NCBI GenBank assembly: GCA_951406725.2
Contig: OX597836.1
Coordinates: forward strand, 7,688,001 to 7,752,000
Origin: Octopus vulgaris
Taxonomy: Eukaryota
Direction: 5' to 3'
Length of the DNA stretch: 64,000 bases
A program made the position numbers and the translations under genes. Shown piece after piece: positions 39,586-52,180 of this stretch. The notes below the pieces were generated by a model that ran no database searches, had not been told where the DNA came from, and saw nothing but the letters and a program-made list of their open reading frames with translations. How positions within the stretch are numbered: the stretch's first letter is position 1; each line of letters starts with the position of its first letter.

Positions 39586-40839
39586 TTGTATAATGGGCCA
39601 TAAAACTCCATGTCTAAATGCACTTTTATTCACCAAAACCAATCTTAAAATTAGGGTACATACAACGCATGCCATTACACTGCAAAGTCTACCCACCATT
39701 CACTTCATTGAGTAAAGCAGTAACATAAAATGGTTTTAATATCTTTTTCAATTGTTATATTTTTATTTATTTAATATATAGGTGCAGGAGTGGCTGTGTG
39801 ATAAGTAGCTTGCTTACCAACCACATGGTTCTGGGTTCAGTCCCACTGCATGTCACCTTGAGCAAGTGTCTTCTACTATAGCCTCGGGCTGACCAATGCC
39901 TTGTGAGTGGATTTGGTAGACGAAACTGAAAGAAGCTCATAGTACATATGTGTGTGTGTGTGTGTATGTGTTTGTGTGTCTGTTTGTCCCCCCAACATTG
40001 CTTGACAACTGATGCTGGTGTATTTAGGTTCCCGTACCTTAGTGGTTCGGCAAAAAGAGACCGATAGAATAAGTACTAGCCTTACAAAGAATATGTCCCG
40101 GGGTCGATTTGCTCGACAAAAAGGTGGTGCTCCAGCATGACCGCAGTCAAATGACTGAAACAAGTAAAAGAATATAAGAATATATTTATAGAGCCAGTCT
40201 CCAGTCAAACTGTCCAACCCATGCCAGCATGGAAAACAGACATTAAACAATGATGCTGATGATGATGAATATATATGATCCATGACAACTGTTTTTACAA
40301 AGAGTAGTTAAAGTATATTCCTGTCTTGTCATATGGCAAGTAACAATATTCTTAGTATATGGTAAATAAAAGAAATAAATCCAATGGGATCAGAGTTATC
40401 TCCCTTTGGGGATGAACAAACAGTGATGGAGACACACTGTCAGTTATATTAATGCATATATATATAGTAAATAGTGCTTGTGTTTTCATACAAATATCCA
40501 TCTTCAGTACATATTTGTGTTAGAAGTATGTAGAACCTACTATAATTGTGTGTATACACATGGCTTTGTGGTTAAGATGGTTGCTTTGCAAATGTGTAGT
40601 TTTGGGTTCAACCCACCACTTGACACACAGGACGAGTTCTTCTACCATAACCTTGCACCAGCTAAAGCCACCTGAGTGAAATTTGATAAACTGAAACTCT
40701 GTATATGGTGCTGGTGGTGGTGGGGGCAGTGCAGGCACCATTCTCATTCATGGGTGGTTGAACACCATCCCATCACCACCCAACCCTTGCGTGCTTTTAG
40801 CTAGGTCCATTTAATTATGACTACCACAAGGTGACTGAT

Positions 40840-41100
40840 GCTGGTGTCACATAACTGGCACCCATGCTGGTGGCATATAAAAGCACCCGTGCTGGTGGCA
40901 CATTGAAGCACTAGTACTAGTGGCATGTAAAAAGCACCCATTATACTCTCTGAGTGGTTGGCATTAGGAAGGGCATCCAGTCGTAGAAACCATGCCAAAC
41001 CAGACTGGAACTTGGTGCAGCTCTCTGGCTTACCAGTTCCAGTCAAACTGTCTAGCCCATGCCAGCATGGAAAGTGGACATTAAACGATGATGATGATGA
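40840..41100 (+). mobile_element. RTE 3' UTR fragment with short tandem pseudoknot-like units
   Basis: tgctggtggcatataaaagcacc-type units, then the standard tail. Confidence 0.8.
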
Positions 41101-41111
41101 TGTCTAGCCCA

Positions 41112-41431
41112 TGTTACTGTATGGTGACTTGTGTGCATCAATGACTCTGAGAGCTTTGGCAGTGGAGACAGGCTCCTGGTAGGGCCTGCTAGGCAGGATG
41201 GGTCTAAAGGGCAGAGTTCAAGTTAATATGGACCACTGCTTCCTCCATTGGTTTGCATAGGTTCAAAACTCCCTACCTAGAATAAAAGCAAAGTTACAGA
41301 AGCATCGATAACAATTCAAAACTAGCAAGACCTGGGAAAAGAAGGCCTTGAGAGGGCCCAGAGCTGAGAGCAGAGGAGAAATGTCATTAATGGCCTGTGC
41401 TCCTCAGCAAGTGAAGGGCTTAAGCTAAGCT
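41112..41431 (+). mobile_element. Non-autonomous RTE derivative (RTE 5' end joined to RTE 3' end)
   Basis: 5' catcaatgactctgagagct..ctcctggtagggcc; 3' tggcctgtgctcctcagcaagtgaagggcttaagctaagc; no coding body. Confidence 0.6.
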
Positions 41432-41793
41432 GTTGTGGTTTAAACTTAGATTAACCTTGATAGAGCAGATTTGTGGTCATGGGTGTTCCAGCTGAGGATC
41501 TCACATCTTATTTCCTACACAGAACTAATATAATCTTCTCTTTTTTTTCATTCTTTTTATCAAAGATTTATGGGAGATTGAGCAACCATTTCTAGTATAT
41601 TGAGCAACTATTTCTAGCAGATTGAGCAACCACATGGAGGCTTTTTTGTAAAAAAAAATGGATGTCTTTGCTTAATGGATAAGCCGTACGACGTTGAATT
41701 AATGTAATTTTATCTGTTACACACTTGTTTAGGTTTTGGCGTGTATAATAGAATATTGTAAAGAATAGCTTATAACATTAATGTGTATATACA

Positions 41794-41895
<102 letters not shown>

Positions 41896-42746
41896 TTGTT
41901 ATATTGTATACTTCACAATTATCTGTGTGTGTGTGTATTCCATTTGCTGAACACATAACTCATCAAATCTGAAGTATTATCTTAGTAATTTATTAATTTA
42001 CATTTTATAATAAAATAAAGAATGAGTCAAATACTATTTCTCGTTGCCAAAAAAAAAAATCATTTTACATTCTACATTTTATAGTCTCTAGATTGTGCGG
42101 ACATTTAATTATTTTAGATGCAAACATAGAAAAGACTATGGCTTTTAATTACTAGATTTCACTGCTTCACCATTCTTCGCCGACTAATGTGTATAGAATT
42201 ACTTTAGATTTCGCAGAATTATTATATTTTGAAATATGACTGAGTTATAGCTTTTGGTTTCTTTTTTTTTTTGCATTATTTTTTTTCTTTTTTTGGTTGC
42301 GTTTGGATTCAGTTTGATTCTAATTTCCAATTCCATTCTATTACAGAATTATGCTTCTTACTTAGATTTGAATCATGATAAAATTTCCCTTGTTTATTTT
42401 AAATTTCGCACCAACTTCTGTCAGATTTGACTTCATTTCATAGTCTTGAAATGTCACAGATTGCATACTAACTAGATAACTAACCTCAAAAATTGCTGCA
42501 GACATACACCGTTTGATGACAGCATTGAAAAATACATAACATTTAATGGAAAATTGTAGCGTAATGGTATACGTATATAAAGTAATACAAGCTACGGATT
42601 TTCCATTGTGGTTACAAATATTTTCTTACCATGAATACAATCCTCGTCTTAATGATATTTTGAAAAAATAAGCATATATGTGTGTGTGTGTGTGTCACTA
42701 GCCACTACACAGTCTTTATTTTCTCTCCTTGTTTCTTTCTGTGTTC

Positions 42747-42782
42747 CTTTCTGTGGAAGAGCGTAGGCTCGAAATGTTAAAG
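42747..42782 (+). ncRNA. Degenerate compact minimal hammerhead in a Penelope-like LTR fragment (~42697-42876)
   Basis: CTTT-CTGTGGA-A-GAGC(GTAG)GCTC-GAAA-TGTT-AAAG; stems I and II intact, core mutated at A6. Confidence 0.5.
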
Positions 42783-42890
42783 ACTTTTTCACTTCCCGAG
42801 CGTTATACTAATACATCTGTTTGTTGTCTACACCACCTGTCTCCATCTTTTGGCTTTTTTTTGTGAATTTCCCCCTGTATGTATATATAG

Positions 42891-43177
42891 TGGAGGCGCA
42901 ATGGCCTAGTGGTTAGGGCAGCGGACTCGCGGTCGTAGGATCGCGGTTTCGATTCCCAGACCGGGCGTTGTGAGTGTTTATTGAGCGAAAACACCTAAAG
43001 CTCCACGAGGCTCTGGCAGGGGGGTGTGGCGATTCCTGCTGTACTCTTTTGCCACAACTTTCTCTCACTCTTTCTTCTGTTGGCCTGCTCGCTTAGCCAG
43101 TGGGATGGCGTCATTTGAAGCGCATTGTGTCCAACAATGTGTAACAGTATCTGATGGCCTGGTCGATCACGGTGATG
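42891..43177 (+). mobile_element. CpG-rich (young) tRNA-derived SINE
   Basis: ggaggcgcaatggcctagtggttagggcagcggactcgcggtcgtaggatcgcggtttcgattccc contains A and B boxes; inserted in (TA)n. Confidence 0.8.
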
Positions 43178-43253
43178 TATATATATGTATGTGTGTGTGT
43201 ATATATATATATGTCTGTGTGTGTGTGTATATATATATATGTGTGTGTGTGTG

Positions 43254-43286
<33 letters not shown>

Positions 43287-43366
43287 ACTATTAATAATAA
43301 TAAGGAGAATGGAGATTCTTCATACCCATAATTTTATTTAACAGTTATTTACAGCATCCTTTACTC

Positions 43367-43451
43367 AGCCTACATGCATTTCAACTGCATTAGCTGCACA
43401 TTGTTGGATATGCAACCTGGTGTCACGGTTGGTGCAGTTTCATCAGCCGGC
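43367..43451 (-). ncRNA. Minimal type-I hammerhead ribozyme candidate, second copy (element ~43287-43522)
   Basis: Minus strand GCCGG-CTGATGA-AACTGCA[43 nt]TGCAGTT-GAAA-TGCAT-GTA-GGCT; perfect 7-bp stem II; downstream AATAAA; stem I imperfect. Confidence 0.65.
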
Positions 43452-43540
43452 ACCTGAAACCGAATTAAGAGGAAACACAGTAACTGCCAGGATAATATTT
43501 CCCTTCAAACTCATTTTTGGAATTATATATATATGTGTAA

Positions 43541-43600
43541 GCCTCCATAGCTCAGAGGTCAGAGCACTGGTCTTGTGAACCAGAAGTTGTGAGTTCAATT
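43541..43600 (+). pseudogene. 3'-truncated tRNA-Thr(TGT) pseudogene fused to the SINE-A 3' half (to ~43755)
   Basis: gcctccatagctcagaggtcagagcactggtcTTGTgaaccagaagttgtgagttcaatt closely matches metazoan tRNA-Thr(UGU); the 3' acceptor strand is missing. Confidence 0.8.
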
Positions 43601-43759
43601 ACATACCCCGTAACTTAGCAGTTTGGCAAAAGAGACTGATAATATAAATACTAGGCTTACAAAGAATAAGTCCTGAGGATGATTTGTTTGACTAAAGGTA
43701 GTGCTTCCAGCAACAGCCACAGTCAAATGACAAACAAATAAAAGAGTAAAAGAGTCAGA

Positions 43760-43796
<37 letters not shown>

Positions 43797-44144
43797 CAAT
43801 AGAAGCAGTATTAATACCAAATGGCAATCTTCATATCCTACTCAATGTGGATGTATTATTAGAATACTGAATACCGGTATTTGGGAAATCCTCTCACACA
43901 GATGCCCAGTGCTAAGAGCACAGACATATTCCATTAGCAGATGAAAAGTATCTCGCATGGGTGCTGGAACTGCCAGATCACGACTTCAGTGTATTGTGCT
44001 TCCTCAGTTACAGGTGTCTGCTTGCTGCATACCTGCTAAATTTTACTGTCAACAGTATATTGAACAGCAGTGTTGCGAATAGCCAGCATGATTATTAAAA
44101 AATATATATTACCAATGGAGATAGTATTAATAGCAATCTTTGTA

Positions 44145-44179
<35 letters not shown>

Positions 44180-44599
44180 TGGGTGGGGGTGTATATAATA
44201 TAGACTCTTGTTGACTTCAAGGTGTGACAGTCCAACAGTCAATATTGTAGTTGTTAGATTACCTACTCAGATGATTTGCTTCCAATGGTGAAGGCTTGTG
44301 TAGGACTAGTCATACTTTTTTCTGCTCTTAACAGAAAATTGATGCAAGTCTTTGCCACAAAATCAGTGACCAACATACCTCAGGGTTTTCTATTTAGAGT
44401 TTTCCATCTCCTGGGTTACTAGCCTTTACCACAGCTTAGAGTACATCTCACACTGGTAGGCTAAATGTGCAGCTGGGTACCAAACTAAAAATTCCTAAGT
44501 CTTCATGCATGCACACACACACACACACACACACACGTATGTATACATAACCTGTCTAACCCATGCAAGCAAAGAAAACAGATGCTAAATGATGATGAT

Positions 44600-44634
<35 letters not shown>

Positions 44635-44641
44635 GTATATA

Positions 44642-44849
44642 CAGGGTGGCCCAAAAGTCACTGAGGTGTTAATAATTTCATTTATGCTGTTTTAAATTTA
44701 TGATAACTTAGCACCGCATACAGTATAGGTGTACATATAGGAAGTATATTGTACATTGGGAGTGAAGAGTTATATTTTGAGAATTAGAAATAGAAAAATG
44801 TAATTTAAACAAACTTAACAAACTTCTCTGTGACTTTTTTGCCATCCTG
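44642..44849. mobile_element. Tc1/mariner-type MITE
   Basis: TA|cagggtggcccaaaagtcac ... gtgacttttttgccatcctg|TA. Confidence 0.8.
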
Positions 44850-44882
<33 letters not shown>

Positions 44883-47323
44883 CAGAATAAGCACATAAAT
44901 GTGAAACAAGGTGTAAAAAAAAGAGTACTCAAATACCAGAGGTAGAGTAATATGCTTATTTAAAAGCAGTAGAAATGTTATAACAAAACTGTCCGACAAA
45001 CAGGAACGTGAAACTCTGAGTAACAGTTTTTGTGATATTCCTGCTGCTTTTTAATAAAGTGTGTATATATATATATATGGCGTTAGGAAGGGCATCCAGC
45101 CGTAGAAACACTGCCAGATCTGACTGGGCCTGACGAAGCCTTCCAGCTTCACAGACCCCAGTTGACCCGTCCAACCCATGCTAGCATGGAAAGCGGACGC
45201 TAAACGATGATGATGATGATGATGATGATATATATAATGTAATCCAATGGCTATTGACTCTTCTAAGATCATCTGTCCTTTGATGGGTTTTGTTTTTCAC
45301 CCTGTTGAGTGTCCTAAAACCACCTTACTCATCAAACAGGTGTGTTTGTGTGTAATCCTTCTGCCTGTTTTTCTTTGTGTTATTCATCAACATCATCCAC
45401 TGTTTTAAATCCGGGTTTTGTTCCTGTTAATGGGGGTGGCCAGATCTATCTCAATGCCATAGCAACCAAGGTAGGCAGGTGCAGCTCATCCCAACCTTTG
45501 GACTGGCTGGTGCCTATTCTTCTTTGCTATCATGAGGCTTTTTTGGGGCTAGATTTTCTACAGGGAGCATGCCCTTGCTTAACCCCAGTCTCAGTTTCTA
45601 GATATGAGTGGTCCCGAGACCAAGGCCTCTACCATGATTTTTAAGAAACGCGGTGGAAAACTAGCTCAGGGACACTACTCCCTGAGACCCCTTCTGGAGA
45701 TCCCCTACCTTATTATCATGCAATATTTTAAACAGTTGTCACTGTGGTGTCATCTGTTTCAAATCTTCTGTGAGAGCATGTCTGGTGATGGAGAAATGTA
45801 ACGTTTGCTTGCAAACTGTTGGGGAGCTGGCAAGAGTGAGGCCATTAGACCATGGAAAACAAGGAAAAGCATGAGATGAAGTGTTTTGCCCAAGAACCCA
45901 ATACACCACCCAGTCCAGGAATTGAAACCATGCACCCTCACAGTGTATACGTAATACACACACACACACACACAGTTATATAAGTAAACACGACTATGTG
46001 GTTAAGAATTTCACGTCTTAACCCTCACCTATTTCCAAGAAAGATATCTCTCCCTATAGCTGGGCACGTTTTCATGGAAGATTGGAAATGAATGACACTG
46101 CTTATCTGATAGTAACAATCATATACTGCTATCATGCAGTGTCAAGACAAGGACTACCAACACACATACACGTGATGTGCTTCTTTCAGTTTCTGTCTAC
46201 CAAATCTATTCACATTGCTTTAGTTGGCCTGGGGCTATAGTAGATGACACTTGCCCAAGGTGCCAAGTAGGGAGACTAAACCCAAAGCTATGTAGTTGAG
46301 AAGTGAAATTCTTAACCACATAGTCATGTTTACTTAGATGAATGTGTGTGCGCATGGTTTCAATTCCTGGACTGGTTGGTGTATTGTGTTCTTGGGCAAA
46401 ACACTCCATCTCATGCTGCTCTGTGATCACTTTGACACCTGATGTGTGTGGTACACTGTGCACCTGATCAGGTGACATTGATTTGATGGTAGGGTTGAGA
46501 TAACGTACAGAACAAACACTTGACCCCTATAAACAAAGCATTTGTGCAGTTCATTGAGAGAGAAACTGCAGAAGTGTCTTTCTTAATGTACAAAGGACTA
46601 CCATCATATAGTCTTTTATTTGTTTCAGTCATTTGACTGTGGCCATGCTGGAGCACCACCTTTAATCGAGCAAATCGAACCCAGGACTTATTCTTTGTGA
46701 GCCAAGTACTTATTCTATCGATCTCTTTTGCTGAACTGCTATGTTACAGGAAGGTAAACACACCAGCATTGGTTGTCAAGTGACACACAAACACTCATGT
46801 GCTCTCTCTCTCTCACACACACACACACATACATACAACAAGCTTCTCTCAGTTTCCATCTACCAAATCCACTCACAAGGTTTTGGTCGGCCTAAGCCTA
46901 TAGTAGAAAACACTTGCCCAAGGTGCCACGCAGTGGGACTGAACCCGGAACCATGTGGTTGGAAAGCAGGCTACTTACCACACAGCCACTCCTATATATT
47001 ATTGTGCCTTTATTCATAACAAGAAGTTTCACATACTAATTAAAGTTCTCAAAACTTCAGAAAACAAAGTTTATATAACTCGTAGTATGTAAAGTTACAA
47101 TTCTGTTTGTGTTCTTATGGTTTTCTTTTTCAAAGCAAGTAAATTAAAGCTTTGTGCAGGTTGAAGAATATATATATATATATATATATATATGCATGTA
47201 TGTATGTATTCCTATAGAGCTGTAAAATTGGAGATGGTTTAAATTAATTAGTCAAATAATTAAGTTAAATGGCTGTAAAGAAGTAAACAACATTTTTTCT
47301 TTCTTTTTGTTCTTCCTCTTCAG

Positions 47324-47382
47324 GGACACTCTATATCAGAAGACGGAGTCAGTTGCTAAGGGAAACAGCCAAAGTAGGTGAT
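47324..47382 (+). CDS. Candidate internal coding exon of an unidentified host gene (xTLYIRRRSQLLRETAK[VGD])
   Basis: Strong polypyrimidine tract + CAG acceptor; donors GTAGGT (47374) and GTAAGT (47383); unique non-repetitive sequence; only this frame stays open through both donors. Confidence 0.6.
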
Positions 47383-47657
47383 GTAAGTATAATGACTGTT
47401 TCTCTGATTCTTCTTCTTCTATGAGTTGTTGTTGTTTAACACGTTTGATACCAACCCGCCTGAGATTTCCCTTGGTCCTATGACATAAACTGCTGTTTTA
47501 ACCCTTTAGCTTTCAGCTGACCCTTTCAAAATGCTTATTTATTTACATTGTTTTGAAATAATCATGCATTGTCTTATAGCTTTGAGATTTCTATGATCTG
47601 ATTGTTTATTTTTAGGGTAGGTGTGAGAAGCAGGATCAGGTCAGTTTTAACATAAGA

Positions 47658-47983
47658 GGATCCAGTCAGCCGGCACTGGCAACGACCATGCTTGAATGGT
47701 GCTGTTTATGTGCCACCTGCACGGGATCCAGTCAGGCGGCACTGGCAACGATCATGCTCACTTGGTGCTGTTTACGTGCCACCAGCATGGGACCAGTCAG
47801 CCAGCACTGGCATCAACCACACTCAAATGGTGCTTTTTATGTGCCACCTGCACGGGAGCCAGTCAGGCGGCACTGGCAACGGTCATGCTCACTTGGTGCT
47901 TTTTATGTGCCACTGGCACAGGACCAGCCAGGCAGCACTGGCATCGACCACACTTGAATGGTGCTGTTTACGTGCCACCAGCA
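47658..47983 (-). repeat. Five tandem ~66-bp units derived from the RTE 3' UTR
   Basis: Unit ggasccagtcagscggcactggca..ggtgctktttaygtgccacc; alternating two-unit variants. Confidence 0.9.
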
Positions 47984-48791
47984 AGAAAAAGAAATAGTCT
48001 AGGCATGACCATCCAGTCTCAATCTTTTCAGATATAGTTTATCTTAGCTTACATCATACACTGTATAGGTTTGTACTATTTTTTTCTTTTTTTAAATGAG
48101 ACAATAGTGTGATTTAGCTGCTATTTCTAGCAGGTGGAGCATCTCCATAGAGATTCAGTTGAAGTCGAGGCTGGAATTACCAATGTATCAATAACAGGTC
48201 ATGGGAAATAATGATATTGACTAAATTTATTGAGTCATTGCATGGGATATCCTCCTGCTCTTCTTCCTTCTTGTCATCCTCCACCTTCTCCTCCTCGTTA
48301 TTCATCTGTCTTTCCATGCTTTGCAGGGATTAGCTAAGTCTTCTCCATCCAGCACAGGCGTCTCCCAGTTGTTTGTGTTCCCTCTTTGTCTCTTTTGTGA
48401 GATTCTTTTTCCCCCTTTTCAATATCTCCCCCCCACCTCACCATGATCAGCTTTCACCAATTCCAACTCCCCCTACTCCTTCCTCTTCTACAGGCTCCTT
48501 CCTTTCCACTTGGATTGGCTAAATAATTTATCTCTATGGAAATACATTAAAATACTTGTTCAAGGTTACACAAAGCAAGGCATGTGTTGTTTTAACATTA
48601 CTTCGACATTATCTCATGGACCCGCTGGGCTTTTGTGTTATTTCTCTTTTATACTTTTTACTTGTTTCACTCACTGGACTGTGGCCATTCTGGGGTGTTG
48701 CCTTGAAGGGTTTCATCAAACCAGTTAACCTCAGTACTCCTATTTAAATCTGCTACTTACTCTATTGGTCTCTTTTGCTAAATCTTTAACT

Positions 48792-49112
48792 CATAGGTTC
48801 TCAAAGTGTGCGCTACCACCCCCGGTGGGCATTGAAATGGTCCAGGTGGGCGCTGGTGCCTAAGGGGGTGTGAGGGGTAAAGAAAAAGGAGGCATTGGGA
48901 GGAAGGCAGTGAATTGGGAGATACTATGAATTTATTATATCATTATAGTATTGTATGCAAATTATATAATATTATATTAAATATCAAATGATTCATAGTA
49001 TATATAAATTAGTAAAATACAAAATATTTATACATAAAAATAGGGTTGGGGACACTGAGGGTATTATGTGGCCATGAGGGTGGGGATGGCCCAAGAAGTT
49101 TGCGAACCTCTG
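48792..49112. mobile_element. hAT MITE inserted in a minus-strand SINE-A (48650-49375)
   Basis: cataggttctcaaa / tttgcgaacctctg; TSD ctttaact / ctctaact. Confidence 0.8.
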
Positions 49113-52100
49113 CTCTAACTTATGGGGATATAAAAAATACCAACACTGATTGTCAAGCAGTGGTGGGAGACAAACAAAGAACCCCACCCCATGTACATGG
49201 GCTTCCACACAGTTTCCATCTACCAAAATCACTCAAGGCATAGGTTGACCTGGGGCTATACTAGAAATCACTAGCCCAAGGTACTGCCTATTGGGACCAA
49301 ACCAGAAACCATGTGGGACTGAACTTGAAACCATGTGGTTGAAAAAGCAAGATTCTTAACCACATGATCCTACCTGATTTATTATTATTTTTAATTAGAT
49401 CTCAAACAGTGTTAAATGTGTTGGCTTGCCATGGGGTAAATTATGGCATCTACTTAAGTTAATGGTGAGGTGTGAGAGAAACTGGACTCCCATACTTAGT
49501 TTGTTGAGCTTTAAAAAGTTAACTAGAAATAAACATGTAGTGAGACAAATAGTCAGTCAGTTAAGTTAATGCTATTATATTTGATGTGTGCAACTTTAAA
49601 TATGTTAGACTAAAAATAAATTATGTGATGAAACAGGCAGGCAGGCAAGCAGATAGCTAGGTAGCTCAGGTAGGGTTAATATGCTTAATGCAGAGAACTT
49701 TTGATGGCTAACTGGAAATATGTGGTGAGACAGACAGTTAAATAGACAGGCATACTGATAGGTAAATAGACAGATTGGTGGACAGGAAGACAGACAGACA
49801 TGTAGACAGAAAGACAGGCAGGCAGATTGACAAATAGACAGGTTAGTTAGTGTTAACGTATTTAATGTATGGAGAATTAAAAGGTTAGCTAGAAATAATT
49901 GGGTGGAGAAAGAGATAGACACAAAATGAGATAGACAGACACAGAGGGATAGAGAGAGAGAGATGAAGTAACTTATTATTATTCTTATTATTATTATTAA
50001 GGTGGTAAGCTAGTAGAATCGTTAGCGCTCCGGATGAAATGCTTAGTGGTATTTTGTCCATAGCTACTACTTTCTGAGTTCAAATTCCCCTGAGGTTGAC
50101 TTTACTTTTCAACCTTTTGTGGTCGATAAATTAAGTACCAGTTGAACACTGGGGTTAGTGTACAAAATTGCTGGCCTTGTGCCAAAATTTGAATCCAATA
50201 TATTTTATAATTTGAAGATTAACTAGAAATAATTATGAAGAAACAGGAAAAGAAAGAATAACACTTTTAATCATTGACTTATATTATTTTCATTTTTTTT
50301 CTGTCTTATTCTGGCCTCATCAGTAAAACATAGCTTTCACTGTACTTGCAGTGATGAATGAATCACTAAATAATATGTAAGATTAGATATTGGTTGGAGT
50401 TGCAAAATATAATTGATTGTAATACTGCGATACCATCTACTGGGAAAGCACTACAGATAAAATAGAATTTACATATTTAACCCTTTAGCTTTCAAATCAG
50501 TCATATCTGGCCTAAATATCCTACGTTTCATTTTCAAACCAGCCAGATCCAGCCTTTCACACTTATCCTAGCTTAACTATTTTAGTATGACTTGGCAGAA
50601 ATGTTTTTTTTCAGTTTTTGTTTTGTTTCCCCTCATCAGAAATAGCAAAAAATGTTTGGGGTTAAATTAACAAGTTAGAGTTTCCAGTAGGTTTATACTG
50701 CAAATACAGTTTGTTACATTAAAACTGAAGTTTACCATTTTTCCTGGAATATGTGTATGTGTGTGTGTGTGTGTGAATGTTTGAGCGAATGTATTTTTTG
50801 CATTTTCTATTTCTTTATTGCCCACAAAGGGCTAAACATAGAGGGGACAAACAAGGACAGACAAAGGGATTAAGTCGATTACATCAACCCCAGTGCGTAA
50901 CTGGTACTTAATTTATCAACCCCAAAAGGATGAAAGGCAAAGTCAACCTCAGAACGTAACGGCAGACGAAATACCTATTTCTTTACTACCCACAAGGGGC
51001 TAAACACAGAGTGGACGAACAAGGACAGACAAATGGATTAAGTCGATTACGTCGACCCCAGTGCATAACTGGTACTTATTTAATTGACCCTGAAAGGATG
51101 AAAGGCAAAGTTGACCTCGGTGGAATTTGAACTCAGAACATAGCGGCAGACTAAATACCACTAAGCATTTCGCCCGGCGCGCTAACATTTCTGCCAGCTC
51201 ACCACCTTATTTTTTGCATTTTCGTGTGCACGCATGCGTTTGTGTGTGTGTGTGTTTTGATCAAGCTACCATATTGTTCTGTTGGGGTGTTTTTTTGTTT
51301 TTTTTCACAGCAAAATAATTTATTCCACTTTGTGAACTTTTTCTACTTAGTTAACCACTTGTCCCAACATAGACTATCACTTAGTCCGTACTCTTGATTC
51401 TACTGCATCACTTACTGTATTTTCAGTCTTTTATTTTCTCTCTCTCTCTCCCTCCCCTTGCTTCCTCCTCTCTCTCTCTTTCTCTTAACAAGTAGGTTAG
51501 TTCGTGTACATTTTATTTTTCTTATTTCTTCTTCCCTATCAGCTTCTGAAGCAGAAGTACACATCATTCTAACCTGAATTGACTCTGCTTCACAACAAGC
51601 AATTACTCAGAGCAGAGGAGGAAACACACCGAGATTTTTCATCTAATTTTCTCTCAATCCACAAGTCCAAATTGTTATTTGTCCATTAATATAAAACCAT
51701 TGTCTTTAGACAAGCTAACAAGAAGAGCCTCTCTCTGTCTGGTAGCTTGACCTGCTAGAAATAGTAACCAAATCTCCTTCATGTCATACACCTTAATCTC
51801 TTATCCCTTACTTGTTTCAGTCACTGGTTTGTGGCTCTGCTGGGGCTCTGCTTTGAAGGGTTTTAGTTATAATGATTGACTCCAGTATTTATTTTTAAGT
51901 CTGGTTCCTGCCCTTTACCACTAGTCTTGGAGACCCTATGAAGCAATGTTTCTCAACCATTTTTTGCCTGTGGACCCTTTGATTGCTGTTTTACTTTACC
52001 AAACCTCCATAGCCATTTGATGTATAAAACAATCCTATTATATTTTTATAATTAAATATTATTAGGAATTGTATAAAAAAAAAATGTTAAAATATTTTGT

Positions 52101-52180
52101 GTATTGTTGGAATGTAACCAATTTATTGCATGTAAATTTTAACAAGAAAATCTTATATGAATCCCCACAAATGTCATGTA

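Noticed and set aside
42347-42566. Candidate first exon encoding MENCSVM
   Set aside because: Weak donor and phase incompatible with the exon at 47324
42891-42965. Functional tRNA gene
   Set aside because: The acceptor stem does not close and the sequence continues into a SINE body
47658-47983. 66-bp periodic array as CRISPR or pistol ribozyme
   Set aside because: The whole unit is repeated with no spacers; it resembles only the first pseudoknot domain of pistol and lacks the P2/P3 arrangement and cleavage site
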